A stretch of DNA of 64,000 bases from Candidatus Moraniibacteriota bacterium (lineage in GTDB: Bacteria > Patescibacteriota > Minisyncoccia > Moranbacterales > UBA1568): the NCBI GenBank assembly GCA_030648835.1, contig JAUSGT010000001.1, positions 69,010 to 133,009 on the forward strand, written 5' to 3'. Both the position numbers and the translations under genes were made by a program. Positions 1 through 10,359 of this stretch are shown here, piece by piece; within the stretch, counting starts at the first letter, position 1; the number at the start of each line of letters is the position of its first letter. The notes under the pieces were generated by a model. That model had not been told where the DNA came from and did no database searches. It worked only from the letters and a program-made list of their open reading frames with translations.

Positions 1-1
1 G

Positions 2-397
2 GCGGCGCGCAATGTGGCTGGACGAGTGGTCTTGTACGCGGAGCGTGTGACCGGTTCGATGCAATATGCCTTGAACGAAACCAATCGCCGCAGGAAATTG
101 CAGATGGCTTACAACGAAAAGCATGGCATTACTCCTCAGACAATCAAAAAAACCATTCATGATATCACCGAGCACTTGGAAAGTGAACATGACAAGGCGG
201 TGCGGGCCAATGTGGTCTTGGACCGGGAAATCTTCGCGAAGAATCCGGAGAAACTTATCAAGCTGAAAGAAAAAGAGATGCAGGCCGCAGTGAAGATTCT
301 GGATTTTGAGACGGCAGCTATTCTCCGTGATGAAATCCGCGCGCTTGAAACGCCTTTGGGTAAAAATGGGAAACAAAAAAAAACACGCAGGAACTGA
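2..397 (+). CDS. uvrB: Excinuclease ABC subunit B, C-terminal part (truncated by window start)
   Basis: Frame reads AARNVAGRVVLYA...ETNRRRKLQMAYNEKHGITPQTI, then UVR domain EMQAAVKILDFETAAILRDEI. Confidence 0.95.
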   Translation, partial: AARNVAGRVVLYAERVTGSMQYALNETNRRRKLQMAYNEKHGITPQTIKKTIHDITEHLESEHDKAVRANVVLDREIFAKNPEKLIKLKEKEMQAAVKILDFETAAILRDEIRALETPLGKNGKQKKTRRN

Positions 398-420
398 AAT
401 CATTCTGTTATAAATAGTTT

Positions 421-610
421 TCACTCAAGAGCAAGCTCTTGCCACTGATTCGCTTCGCTCATCCGTTCCGACAGCAAGCTGCCGAGTTTTACTCTTTGAT
501 GTCTTCACTCGCTCGAAAATGAAAATGAATTTTCATTTCGCTCGCTTCGTTTGACAATAAAAAATTCACGACCCTGACTTTCTTGGCAATCGCAAGAAAA
601 GTCAGTATGA
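421..610. repeat. Cluster of REP-like short hairpins
   Basis: AAGAGCAAGCTCTT, GAAAATGAAAATGAATTTTCATTTC, CTGACTTTCTTG...CAAGAAAAGTCAG, repeated CGCTTCG/GCAAGCT motifs. Confidence 0.5.
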
Positions 611-619
611 GAAGAATAA

Positions 620-659
620 AAAAACCGCCTCCCTGGAAGTTCTCCGGGGAGGGTTTTTG
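620..659. terminator. Probable bidirectional intrinsic terminator
   Basis: A-run, CCTCCC...GGGAGG stem, T-run, between convergent genes. Confidence 0.6.
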
Positions 660-680
660 TTGTGGGTGAGTACGGATTTC

Positions 681-1289
681 TTAGTGACGTTGTGTCGTGT
701 GGAATGCACCCGGATAAGATCGATAGATTCCTTGTTCATTGGAAAAGTCTCTCAATTCAGGGAAATTTTCCAACGTGACGTGTCTCACTTGAGCTATCCC
801 TGCCATCCAGCGCCGACCTCTGAGTAATTTCTTGGTTACTTTTTCTTTGAAGCGGGAGTAGGCATCTTGTTCATTTCCTGCCGAAAGGGCTCCGCTGGCG
901 AGGCAGTAGTTTGCCGGGTTTTTGCTATCGTATCCGAGCCCCATAACGCTGATAATGAAGAACTTGAGATAACCATCGTTGAAGTGATTCCCTCTGATAT
1001 GCTTTTCCCATTTTTTTGATATGTCGCAGTAGGTTCCTTGTTGGTAAGCCCACCCGTCTGTCGGAGAACAGAACCCCATGAAAAGATCCCGAGTTTTTTC
1101 ATCAGCTTCATTTATGTCTTTAACAATGATGATCTGGGGTGGAAACAGCACCATGCGGTGAATAGCAAATTGTTCCAATAGAAGACGCCCGGTATCGTTC
1201 TCAAAGTCTCTTATTCGCTCTTTCTCGGCCGGAATATCCTGATCTTCCGGTATTTTCGCCGCCAGCAGTATGGAAAAGATTTTAGGCAT
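681..1289 (-). CDS. Hypothetical protein (202 aa)
   Basis: Long ORF filling the gap, GGAGG-like RBS upstream on - strand; no family recognised. Confidence 0.6.
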   Translation of the reverse strand: MPKIFSILLAAKIPEDQDIPAEKERIRDFENDTGRLLLEQFAIHRMVLFPPQIIIVKDINEADEKTRDLFMGFCSPTDGWAYQQGTYCDISKKWEKHIRGNHFNDGYLKFFIISVMGLGYDSKNPANYCLASGALSAGNEQDAYSRFKEKVTKKLLRGRRWMAGIAQVRHVTLENFPELRDFSNEQGIYRSYPGAFHTTQRH

Positions 1290-1463
1290 TTTTGCCTCCC
1301 AGATTGTTAACGAAGGGTTGTTTGGTTTCTTGACGGTATACTATCAGAGTTTTTCCATAAAAGGAAAATTTGCTTTATATGGACTTTTTTGGGAAAATGA
1401 CAAGTATTGCGCCGTGAAGGCAAACCTCGCGGTGAGATATTTGGTATTGACGTATTTCTTGCG

Positions 1464-2162
1464 ATGACAAAAAGTATTCGTGAAAGTTTTGTGGTGGCAG
1501 CAGACGACTACGGTATCCGCCAGACGGCGGAGCCGATTTTGCGTTTGGTACATGAGGGGAAAGTGGATCGCGTCGCGGTGCTCATTCATTATGTTTCTGC
1601 CGAACAGGCAGCGGCGCTCCTTGCGACGGGGGTAAAAATCGATTTGCATTTGGAGCTTATCCGTCTTTTGAAAAGCGGTGAGAAAGTGAGGGACAACATC
1701 TTGGCGAGGGGCATCCGTTTTGTTTTTCGTTATTTTTCCGGGCAAGTGACCCAGAGGAAGGTTGAGCGGGAGTGGCGAGAGCAAGTTGAGCGTTTTCGGG
1801 AATTGTTTGGCCGGCTGCCTGACGGGCTGAACTCGCATGAGCACGTGCACTCTTTTCCTGTATTTTTTAGAACGTTTCTTAAACTGGCAGAGGAGTACAA
1901 TATAGCGCATATCCGCTTTGGTAAACGAGGGACGTTGATTCCTCTTCATGGAGCTTTCATTGGCAGAGTGCTTTCTTTTTTTTGGAAGCAAACATATGCT
2001 TTGTATGCCAAGACACATTTGGTTACCTCTGATTATCTTGTGAGTCTGGACTGGCTTCCGGATTTCAAGGTTTTCAGTGAACACCTGCCGGAGGGGAGTA
2101 TCGAACTTGTGGTTCATCTGGAACGCGAAGAGGAATACCGTACCGTATTGGAATATTTCTAA
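1464..2162 (+). CDS. ChbG/HpnK (YdjC) family deacetylase
   Basis: AADDYG, DLHLEL, GLNSHEHVH, ELVVH motifs; start moved to ATG 1464. Confidence 0.85.
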   Translation: MTKSIRESFVVAADDYGIRQTAEPILRLVHEGKVDRVAVLIHYVSAEQAAALLATGVKIDLHLELIRLLKSGEKVRDNILARGIRFVFRYFSGQVTQRKVEREWREQVERFRELFGRLPDGLNSHEHVHSFPVFFRTFLKLAEEYNIAHIRFGKRGTLIPLHGAFIGRVLSFFWKQTYALYAKTHLVTSDYLVSLDWLPDFKVFSEHLPEGSIELVVHLEREEEYRTVLEYF

Positions 2163-2206
2163 ATTTTTCCAAAAATTCCGATGCGTTATATCTGACTATT
2201 CAAAAC

Positions 2207-2352
2207 TTTTTCCACAAGCAACCTTTCCGGGAGCCGTTCGCTTGTCCAGCGACGAACTCCACTTATGAACTTTTTTTGATCCATCCCGTAAGAACGGGAT
2301 GGCACCGTGCTCAAAAAAACTTCAACTCTCCCGGAAAGATTCTTGTGAAAAA
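2207..2352 (+). repeat. ~145-nt structured intergenic element, copy 1 of 4
   Basis: CACAAGCAACC...CCAGCG...TTTTTTTGATCC...GGCACCGTGCTCAAAAAAA...AAGATTCTTGTG shared with 12616, 15730, 24606. Confidence 0.85.
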
Positions 2353-2423
2353 CGTAAAATTTTTATCTTCGTCTTGATACTATCGCTTTTTACTGTTATA
2401 CTACCTCTTCTCTGTTTTTGCTT

Positions 2424-5045
2424 ATGCCAAAAAATATTGTACGGAAAAATGCCACCGACAAATTTGGTCCATCGGAGTGGATCATTGTCAAAGGCGCCCG
2501 CACTCATAATCTGAAAAATATCACCGTCGAGATGCCTCGCAATAAAATGGTGGTGTTTACGGGACTGTCCGGTTCGGGAAAATCATCATTGGCTTTTGAC
2601 ACGATTTTTGCCGAAGGACAACGGCGCTATGTCGAATCTCTTTCCGCTTACGCGCGGCAGTTTTTGAACACCATGCAGAAGCCGGATGTGGATGAAATCG
2701 TCGGTCTCTCACCGGCCATTTCCATCGATCAGAAGTCCGCCAGCCGCAACCCGCGTTCGACCGTGGCGACGGTGACGGAAATATATGATTATTTGCGTGT
2801 GTTGTACGCGCGTCTCGGCCGGCCACACTGTCTCGTCTGCAAGAGAGAAATAGAGAAGCTTTCAACGGAAGAAATGTTGGAAGTCGTTTCCGAGAAAGTA
2901 CAGCAGATTCTGGTAGAGAGTAAAAAAAGTCCCATAAAATCCCGTAAGACGGGATCACGGGGTAAACAGCGTCTTATGATTACGGCACCTCTGGTGCGTG
3001 GACGCAAAGGAGAATACTATCAGTTGCTCTATAATGCGCTCGGTCGTGGTTTCGCGGAGATCTTGCTTGATGGAGAGCGCAAGAGTCTGCGTGAACGGAT
3101 TCTGCTTTCCAAAAACAAAGCCCATGATATCGATCTCGTCGTGGATGAATTGCCACTTCTGGAATTTGAGAAGTTTCCGGAGACATCCGAGGAGCGTCTT
3201 TCGGAGGCGGTACAGCGCGCGCTCGAAGAAAGCGACGGGCTGGTGAACATCCATATCGGATCGGAAAATTTTGTTCTCTCATCGAAGTTCGCTTGTCCGT
3301 ATGACGGATTCTCATATCCGGAAGTGGAACCGCGATTATTTTCTTTCAACTCCCCCTACGGTGCGTGCGAGGCTTGCCATGGTCTGGGGACGAAACATTT
3401 TTTTGGCGACGATCCTTGTGAAGTCTGCCATGGGTCGCGTTTGCGCGAAGAAGCACTCCATATTTTTATCGGTGGGAAAAATATCGTGGAAGTGACGGCG
3501 CTTATGATCGGGGACGCGAAGAAGTTTTTCGATGGTTTGAAATTGACTACGCGTGAGAAACAGATTGCCGCGGTGGTATTTCGGGAAATCGGCGCGCGGT
3601 TGCAATTTCTTCTCAATGTCGGTTTGAATTATCTTTCTTTGGATCGACGTTCCAACACGCTTTCCGGTGGTGAGGCTCAACGTATCCGACTGGCGTCGCA
3701 ATTGGGTTCGCAATTGGTCGGGGCACTCTATGTGCTTGATGAGCCGACGATTGGCTTGCATCGACGTGACAATGATCGTCTCATTGAAACGTTGAAAGCG
3801 CTACGCGATTTGGGGAATACGATTATCATCGTCGAGCATGATGAGGATACGATTTTCGCTTCCGACTATATCGTCGATATCGGTCCGGGAGCGGGGGTGC
3901 ACGGCGGAGAAATCGTGGCATCCGGTTATCTGGACGACCTGCTTCTTGCCGATGCTTCAGAAACCCAGTCGCTCACTCTGCGCTATTTGCGTGGTGAAGA
4001 AAAAATCGCCATCCCCGAAAAAAGGCGGAGCAAAGAAAAGGGTCAGCTCAAAATTCGTGGCGGTGAACTTTTCAATATCAAGAATATGAATGTGGAGATT
4101 CCATTGGGGCGTTTGAGCGTCGTCACGGGAGTTTCCGGTTCCGGGAAATCCACATTTCTCTACGAGATCGTTCACAAGAATCTTCAGGCGCGTTTTGATC
4201 GGCGTTACAAGTTGAATGAGGTGTTCCATTGCCAATCGTTTAGCGGAAGCGAATATTTGTCTCGGGTGGTGCTTATCGATCAGAGTCCGATCGGGCGTAC
4301 CCCGCGTTCCAACCCGGCGACGTATACCGGAGCCTGGACGCATGTGCGCGATCTTTTCGCCGCGGCAGAAGAGGCGCGCGTGCGTGGATGGAAGGCCGGA
4401 CGTTTTTCCTTCAATCGCCCCGGCGGACGCTGTGAAACCTGCGAGGGCAACGGGTTTATCGCGGTGGAGATGCATTTTTTGCCGACGGTCTACGTGCCGT
4501 GCGATGTCTGTGACGGCAAGCGTTTCACCAAAGAAACACTTGAGGTGAAATACAAACACAAAAATATCTATCAGATACTCCAGATGACGATCGAAGAAGC
4601 TTTTTCATTCTTCACGGATATTCCGGCGATTGCCGATCGTCTGAAAACACTGAATGAAGTCGGCCTGGGGTACTTGAAACTGGGCCAATCGGCCACGACT
4701 CTTTCCGGTGGTGAGGCTCAGCGAGTGAAGATTTCCTCGGAACTCTATCGGCCACACGTGGGACGTACGATCTATCTTCTCGACGAGCCGACGATCGGAC
4801 TGCATTATGAAGATGTGAGGAAACTTTTGGAAATTCTCGAAACACTCGTGGTCAAAGGCAATACAGTCTTGGTCATCGAACACAATATGGATTTTATCAA
4901 ATCGGCCGATTATGTCATCGATATCGGGCCGGAAGGCGGGGCCGGAGGCGGAAAAATCGTGGCGGTCGGTACGCCCGAAGAAGTGGCACAGGTGTCGCAT
5001 TCTCACACAGGTCAATATTTGAAGAGAATCTTGAAGAAAGGTTAA
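2424..5045 (+). CDS. uvrA: Excinuclease ABC subunit A, copy 1 (insertion domain absent)
   Basis: [18 protein letters not shown], two LSGGEAQR signatures, LDEPT, Zn fingers. Confidence 0.95.
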   Translation: MPKNIVRKNATDKFGPSEWIIVKGARTHNLKNITVEMPRNKMVVFTGLSGSGKSSLAFDTIFAEGQRRYVESLSAYARQFLNTMQKPDVDEIVGLSPAISIDQKSASRNPRSTVATVTEIYDYLRVLYARLGRPHCLVCKREIEKLSTEEMLEVVSEKVQQILVESKKSPIKSRKTGSRGKQRLMITAPLVRGRKGEYYQLLYNALGRGFAEILLDGERKSLRERILLSKNKAHDIDLVVDELPLLEFEKFPETSEERLSEAVQRALEESDGLVNIHIGSENFVLSSKFACPYDGFSYPEVEPRLFSFNSPYGACEACHGLGTKHFFGDDPCEVCHGSRLREEALHIFIGGKNIVEVTALMIGDAKKFFDGLKLTTREKQIAAVVFREIGARLQFLLNVGLNYLSLDRRSNTLSGGEAQRIRLASQLGSQLVGALYVLDEPTIGLHRRDNDRLIETLKALRDLGNTIIIVEHDEDTIFASDYIVDIGPGAGVHGGEIVASGYLDDLLLADASETQSLTLRYLRGEEKIAIPEKRRSKEKGQLKIRGGELFNIKNMNVEIPLGRLSVVTGVSGSGKSTFLYEIVHKNLQARFDRRYKLNEVFHCQSFSGSEYLSRVVLIDQSPIGRTPRSNPATYTGAWTHVRDLFAAAEEARVRGWKAGRFSFNRPGGRCETCEGNGFIAVEMHFLPTVYVPCDVCDGKRFTKETLEVKYKHKNIYQILQMTIEEAFSFFTDIPAIADRLKTLNEVGLGYLKLGQSATTLSGGEAQRVKISSELYRPHVGRTIYLLDEPTIGLHYEDVRKLLEILETLVVKGNTVLVIEHNMDFIKSADYVIDIGPEGGAGGGKIVAVGTPEEVAQVSHSHTGQYLKRILKKG

Positions 5046-6233
5046 TTACTTTTTCTTCGCTGCTATCACTTCTTTGTACAGCGCGCTCCAGTCGGAGGCG
5101 ATTTTGGCACGAGAAAATTGTTTGACAGTGTGGAGCCCTCCTTGACCCAAACGGATACGTTCCTCGGGGTGGGTGTAAAGAAAGAGAATGTGCTCCGCGA
5201 GTGTTTTCACGTCGCCCGGTTCGATGAAGAAGCCATTTGCCTCTGTAATATATTCTGCCAAACCTCTGGCTTTGGCTCCGATGACGGGGAGACTCGTTGC
5301 CATAGCTTTCATAAGGCTCAGACTTTGCGTTTCCGCCGTACTGGCGATAGCAAAAACATCCGCAGCTTTGTAGATCAAGGCGTGTTTCTCGGTGGAAAGT
5401 GTTCCGAAGAATTTTACTTGTTCGTTTACTCCGAGTTCTTCCGCCAGTTTTTTGAGTGAGACTTCTCCTTCGCCATGGCCGGTGACGGCAAAGTTGATTT
5501 CCGGTATTTTCTCCTTGACCATTGCTATGGCGCGGATGATGATATCAATGTGTTTTTCCGGCGCCAAGCGACCCGTGTAGAGGACAGTGAAGGGAGAAAG
5601 CCGGAAAAATGTTTTGGCGGCGTGGGCTTCTTCTTGCGTTGGTGGGGAAAAGCTGTCGAGATCTATGGGATTGGAAATGACTCGGCAGGGTTTGTGAAAT
5701 CCATGTCGTTTCATTTCGTCTAAGATGCCCTGTGATGGCGCGGTGACGAAATCACAATGGTTGTAGTACCACGAGACGAAATTGAGAGCCAGTTTTTCGA
5801 GTAGGGGGCTTTGGACAGGACCGTAGCGCATGAATTCTGTGATAGGTGTATGACTGGTGCCGACGAGCGGTACGCGCAAGAAAAAGCTGGCTGCCAACCC
5901 TTCCATACCGCAACCGAAAAAAAGATGGGTGTGGATGATATCGGGCTTATTCTTGATAAAAAACGAGCGGAGAAAAGTTGGGATGACCATGCGCCCCTGT
6001 TTGGTTGGGGCAGGGTACGGAAAAGAAAAATACCGATGAATCTTGACTCCTTCGCTGATGTTTGGTTCGCTGGGCGGGACATTAGAGGTAGCGAAATCCT
6101 TTTTGGAATAGTGAGGGACATAAAAATCGATGTCGTGTCCCAAGCCGGAGAGTTCGCGGGCAGATTCGATGAGCGAATCCGATATGCCGGAAAGTTCCGG
6201 ATAAAAATTTTCCGAAAACATGGCTATTCTCAT
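5046..6233 (-). CDS. GT4 family glycosyltransferase (glycolipid synthase-like)
   Basis: MRIAMFSENFYPELSG start, YTGRLAPEK, ETQSLSLMKAMA. Confidence 0.9.
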   Translation of the reverse strand: MRIAMFSENFYPELSGISDSLIESARELSGLGHDIDFYVPHYSKKDFATSNVPPSEPNISEGVKIHRYFSFPYPAPTKQGRMVIPTFLRSFFIKNKPDIIHTHLFFGCGMEGLAASFFLRVPLVGTSHTPITEFMRYGPVQSPLLEKLALNFVSWYYNHCDFVTAPSQGILDEMKRHGFHKPCRVISNPIDLDSFSPPTQEEAHAAKTFFRLSPFTVLYTGRLAPEKHIDIIIRAIAMVKEKIPEINFAVTGHGEGEVSLKKLAEELGVNEQVKFFGTLSTEKHALIYKAADVFAIASTAETQSLSLMKAMATSLPVIGAKARGLAEYITEANGFFIEPGDVKTLAEHILFLYTHPEERIRLGQGGLHTVKQFSRAKIASDWSALYKEVIAAKKK

Positions 6234-6338
6234 AAGAGAAAATGGCAGATTATTGTTTATACTGTCCGAGACTCTGTCTCGAAGGATAGAAGAGAACGTA
6301 GTTTTTGTCTACATACGTTTGTGGTAGAATAGGGCTGT

Positions 6339-7079
6339 ATGAAGCTCTCTATTATCGTTCCGGCCTACAATGAAGAGGCCTATATCGGAAAGTGTCTCGC
6401 ATCGATAGCGGCTGAGCAGGCACGCGGTCGTTTTGAAGTGGAAACGATTGTTGTCAACAATGCGAGTACCGATCGGACTGCCGATGTCGCTCGGACTTTT
6501 CCATTTGCTCGGGTGATTGATGAACCAAAAAAAGGTCTGGTACGTGCCCGCCAAACGGGTTATCAAGCATCCAGTGGTGAATTGGTCGCAAACGTGGATG
6601 CGGATACGCTCATGCCGGAAGGCTGGATTGCGCAGGTGTTCAAAGAGTTTTCCGTTCATCCGGAACTGGTAGCGCTTTCCGGTCCCTATATTTATTATGA
6701 TTTGTCGTCGGTGACAAACTGGTTTGTGAGTTTCTGGTATCGGATGGGACAAGGAGTGAGTTTTCTCGATAGTTTGGTTATGGGGCGGACCGGTACCATG
6801 CTCCAGGGTGGAAATTTCATTTTGCGGCGGAGCGCTTTGGAGAAGGCTGGCGGATTTGATCTCAACTTCGATTTCTATGGTGAAGATACCGCTATCGCGA
6901 AAGAAATGGGTCGTCAGGGCAAGGTAAAATTTACGTTCTGTCTTCCGATGTATACCTCCGGTCGCCGGTTGCGGGGAGAAGGGATTTTTACGATGGCTGG
7001 GAAGTATGGGATAAATTTTTTCTGGACAATAATTTTTGGTAGAGCCTACTCAAAGGAGTATAAGGATATTCGGTTATGA
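6339..7079 (+). CDS. GT2 family glycosyltransferase
   Basis: SIIVPAYNEE, NNASTD, DAD, GED, TSGRR. Confidence 0.9.
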   Translation: MKLSIIVPAYNEEAYIGKCLASIAAEQARGRFEVETIVVNNASTDRTADVARTFPFARVIDEPKKGLVRARQTGYQASSGELVANVDADTLMPEGWIAQVFKEFSVHPELVALSGPYIYYDLSSVTNWFVSFWYRMGQGVSFLDSLVMGRTGTMLQGGNFILRRSALEKAGGFDLNFDFYGEDTAIAKEMGRQGKVKFTFCLPMYTSGRRLRGEGIFTMAGKYGINFFWTIIFGRAYSKEYKDIRL

Positions 7080-9472
7080 AAGAACAGTCTTGGCTGGAGA
7101 ATTTTCTGAAAAAGTATCAAGATCTCGGCTACATCATTGCGCGCAATGTTTTTTTGTTCACCAATGGTGTCATCGCGCTCGTGGTTGCACTTCTTATTGT
7201 TTTCGGAGACATTCAAGCGGGGATTTTTTTGGGGCTGGTGCTTTTCATCAATATGACCTTGGGGCTGGGGCAGGATATCCGGGCTTGGTATGCTTTGAAA
7301 AAGCTCCAGCTTTTGACGGCTCCCCGTTCGCTCTGTGTCCGTTCTGATGGGGCAGAGGAGTCGGTGCTGACGGAAGAGATAGAGAAAGGAGATAGGCTCA
7401 AAATCAAGACGGGCGATGAAATTCCGTGTGACGGAACATTGATGGAAGGACATTCATTGGAACTCAATGAAGGATTGCTCACCGGTGAGGCAGCTTCATT
7501 CTCGCGGAAGAAGGGGGATCATATTTTGGCCGGAAGCATTATTACCGCCGGAAGCGGTCTTTTGTCCGTGGATACTGTTTTTAAAAACAGTCGTATTGCC
7601 CGTATGACAGAGGGGATCAAGACGTATCAAGTAAACGAGAGTCCGATTCAGAGAGCGGTCAATCAAGTCATTCAATATTCGGGATATATTTTGGTTTTGG
7701 TTATGGGGTTTATTGTGTGGCGCGGCGTGTTCACGCATACGTCGCAATTGACTATCATCAAAAACATCGGAGCGCTCGCCAGCACTATCGTTCCGCAAGG
7801 ATTGGCCTTCGCGATGACACTCCTTTTCGCTTATGGAGCGGCACATCTCTATCGGCGCAATGTCTTGCTCCAAGAGGTCAACGCGACGGAAAAACTGGGG
7901 CGGATAAAGAATTTGTGCATGGACAAGACGGGGACACTGACGGAGAACAAACCGACAGTGGAAAAAATGATGATTCCCCGAGGGATGAGTGACGCGGATG
8001 CGAGGACAGCGATAGCGCTCTATATCGGTGGATCCGGTGATTCTTCGCAGACTCTTTTGGCGCTGCGCGAATATGTCGGTGATGTGAAAACCACCGGGCA
8101 AGTCATCGATACGACTTCTTTCTCTTCCTGGCATCCCTATGGAGCGCTCGAGACGGTCGTTATGGGAGCGACGCATATTCTCATACTGGGGGCAGGAGAG
8201 TCGCTCTTGCCGCATGTGGCGGACGAGACGGAAAGGGCGTGGTTTGCAAACATTGAAAAACAGGAGGCAGAGCAGGGCAAGCGTATCGTGTGTTTGGCGC
8301 GGGCGCAAGCGGAACACTTACCCAAAGATTTATCTCAGGTGAAACTTTCCCTTCTCGCCGTCTTTGTCTTATCGAGTCGTTTGCGTCCGGGGATCAGGGA
8401 GGCCATCCAGTTTTTCCAAGACCGCAAAGTGCATATTCGCATTATTTCCGGTGATCATCCTGAGACCGTGCGCGCTGTCGCGCTTGGGGCAGGGGTGAAA
8501 TATTGCGATCAGATAGTGACCGGTAAAGAAATGCAGAGCTGGACAGCGGAAGATTTTTTCAAGCGAGCCGGCCGGTATTCGATTTTTGCCCGCACTCTAC
8601 CGGAACAAAAAGAAAAAATCATTGAAGCTTTGAAAAAAGACGGATTCACGGCGATGGTGGGGGATGGCGCCAATGACGCTTTGGCTATCAAGAAAGCCGA
8701 TCTGGGTATTGCTATGTTCGAGGGCGCGCCCGCTACTCGACAGCTGGCCTCCGTCGTACTTATGAACAACAGTTTCACGGCTCTGCCGGGTGGCGTGGAA
8801 CTGGCCGACAGTATCATCAAAAATGCGGAAATTTTTGCCAGTTTGTTTTTTGGCGTCGCTTTGACCGGCTTCTTGCTTTTTATTGGAGTGAGCGCACTCG
8901 GTTATCCATTTCCGCTTACCCCACTCAATATCACGCTCATCAATTATTTTACGGTTGGTTTTCCCGGCATATTGGTTTCCTACTGGACGATCCGTCCGGC
9001 AGAAAAAGTGAAGACCCCAAGCACCGGAGCATTCCTCAATATCATCTCCCCCTTCATTATTTGGTCGGCTGTCCTCCAGGTTGTGACGATCCTCACCGTT
9101 TTTATCCTGAGTCCGGAAAGTATGAAGGTGGCGGCATCCAATCTTTTCGTCATTTTTGCTTCTATTATTGTCGGGTATGTTTTTTTCCTGTTTGCTCCCG
9201 GTATCTATCGGGGTACGCTTCTCGCCACTCAAAGGAGGGATCTCATTATCCTTACCGTCGTGGAAATTCTTTTTCTCACGCTTGTTTTTCACATTCCTTT
9301 TTTTCTGCGATTTTTTGAGATTATGGGAAGTCTCTCCGGTTCCCGTATTCTTGTCCTGGCGGCCGTCTCTTTGGGAATATATGGACTACTTCAATATGGG
9401 GTTGCCCGTTTGTTCCGAAAGTTTTCGCCCGTGTCTTCCGGAATCGGACAGAATTCTTTCTTGGACACCTGA
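7076..9472 (+). CDS. P-type ATPase (CtpE-like architecture)
   Basis: LTGE, DKTGTLT, SGDH, GDGAND, multiple TM segments. Confidence 0.92.
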   Translation: MKEQSWLENFLKKYQDLGYIIARNVFLFTNGVIALVVALLIVFGDIQAGIFLGLVLFINMTLGLGQDIRAWYALKKLQLLTAPRSLCVRSDGAEESVLTEEIEKGDRLKIKTGDEIPCDGTLMEGHSLELNEGLLTGEAASFSRKKGDHILAGSIITAGSGLLSVDTVFKNSRIARMTEGIKTYQVNESPIQRAVNQVIQYSGYILVLVMGFIVWRGVFTHTSQLTIIKNIGALASTIVPQGLAFAMTLLFAYGAAHLYRRNVLLQEVNATEKLGRIKNLCMDKTGTLTENKPTVEKMMIPRGMSDADARTAIALYIGGSGDSSQTLLALREYVGDVKTTGQVIDTTSFSSWHPYGALETVVMGATHILILGAGESLLPHVADETERAWFANIEKQEAEQGKRIVCLARAQAEHLPKDLSQVKLSLLAVFVLSSRLRPGIREAIQFFQDRKVHIRIISGDHPETVRAVALGAGVKYCDQIVTGKEMQSWTAEDFFKRAGRYSIFARTLPEQKEKIIEALKKDGFTAMVGDGANDALAIKKADLGIAMFEGAPATRQLASVVLMNNSFTALPGGVELADSIIKNAEIFASLFFGVALTGFLLFIGVSALGYPFPLTPLNITLINYFTVGFPGILVSYWTIRPAEKVKTPSTGAFLNIISPFIIWSAVLQVVTILTVFILSPESMKVAASNLFVIFASIIVGYVFFLFAPGIYRGTLLATQRRDLIILTVVEILFLTLVFHIPFFLRFFEIMGSLSGSRILVLAAVSLGIYGLLQYGVARLFRKFSPVSSGIGQNSFLDT

Positions 9473-9514
9473 TGGGGGTGATTTCACGAAAAGTGCCCTT
9501 GGTGGTATACTTTT

Positions 9515-9615
9515 ATCCAGCACCTTCCAGAATACCCCGTGATCTTGCCACGGGGATGAATGGAAATATAAATCCTTTCCATATGGCTTAATACCCCGTG
9601 GTGAAGGTGCTGGAT
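9515..9615. repeat. Small element with 13-bp terminal inverted repeats and internal hairpin
   Basis: ATCCAGCACCTTC (9515-9527) / GAAGGTGCTGGAT (9603-9615); internal CCCCGTG...CACGGGG. Confidence 0.7.
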
Positions 9616-9652
9616 TTACCAGAGTCAAATAACCTATTCTTAATTTAATACT

Positions 9653-10225
9653 ATGGAAAACTTTCCTACGGAGGCTCCCTTGGTGCCTCAAAAGAAAAAA
9701 TCCAGCATTATCAAGTGGGCGCTCATCATCGGTATCGCGATCGTAGTGAATCTTTTCATCACGTACCTCGTCGATGTTATTTACCACGCGCCGGAATTCA
9801 CGACGTTTTGTCCGGATCGCCAGGTGAATCGGGCTATCGAGTCCGAGGCGGCTTGTTTGGAAGTCGGTGGGCAATGGAATGAAAACATCAATATGAAAGA
9901 CATCGTTCCTCAGACGGCCCCGGCAGCGCCCGGCTATTGCGATGTCAACTACACCTGCAACAAGTTGTTCGGAGACGTTCTGAATGTCTATAACCGTAAT
10001 GTCTTCGTGGTCTTCGTGGTGGCAGGCATCCTGCTTTTGATCGGCAGTGCCTATTTGGCCGGATCCGAAGCGGTCTCTCTGGGACTCTCATTCGGTGGTG
10101 TGTTGGCTCTCGTTATCGGCTCGATACGCTATTGGTCGGATATGAATGATATCTTGCGGGTTATCATTCTCGGTATCGCGCTCGCGGGACTGATATACGT
10201 CGCGTGGAAGCAGTTCAAAGACTAA
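9653..10225 (+). CDS. Hypothetical membrane protein with Cys-containing external loop
   Basis: N-terminal TM, 4-Cys loop, three C-terminal TM segments. Confidence 0.8.
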   Translation: MENFPTEAPLVPQKKKSSIIKWALIIGIAIVVNLFITYLVDVIYHAPEFTTFCPDRQVNRAIESEAACLEVGGQWNENINMKDIVPQTAPAAPGYCDVNYTCNKLFGDVLNVYNRNVFVVFVVAGILLLIGSAYLAGSEAVSLGLSFGGVLALVIGSIRYWSDMNDILRVIILGIALAGLIYVAWKQFKD

Positions 10226-10271
10226 AAAATACAGCAGTCCGACCGCTGTAAGTACACGTTTATAATTTCGT

Positions 10272-10306
10272 AAAAGCCGCCCTAAGTTTATCGAAGGACG
10301 GCTTTT
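10272..10306. terminator. Bidirectional terminator
   Basis: AAAAGCCG...CGGCTTTT between convergent genes. Confidence 0.65.
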
Positions 10307-10359
10307 AATTTTTCTCGAGAGGGGTAATGAAGAGACAGACGGGGATGAGTAACGAAAAG

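Noticed and set aside
2160-2423. LexA/SOS boxes upstream of uvr genes
   Set aside because: No convincing CTGT-N8-ACAG or GAAC-N4-GTTC site seen by eye
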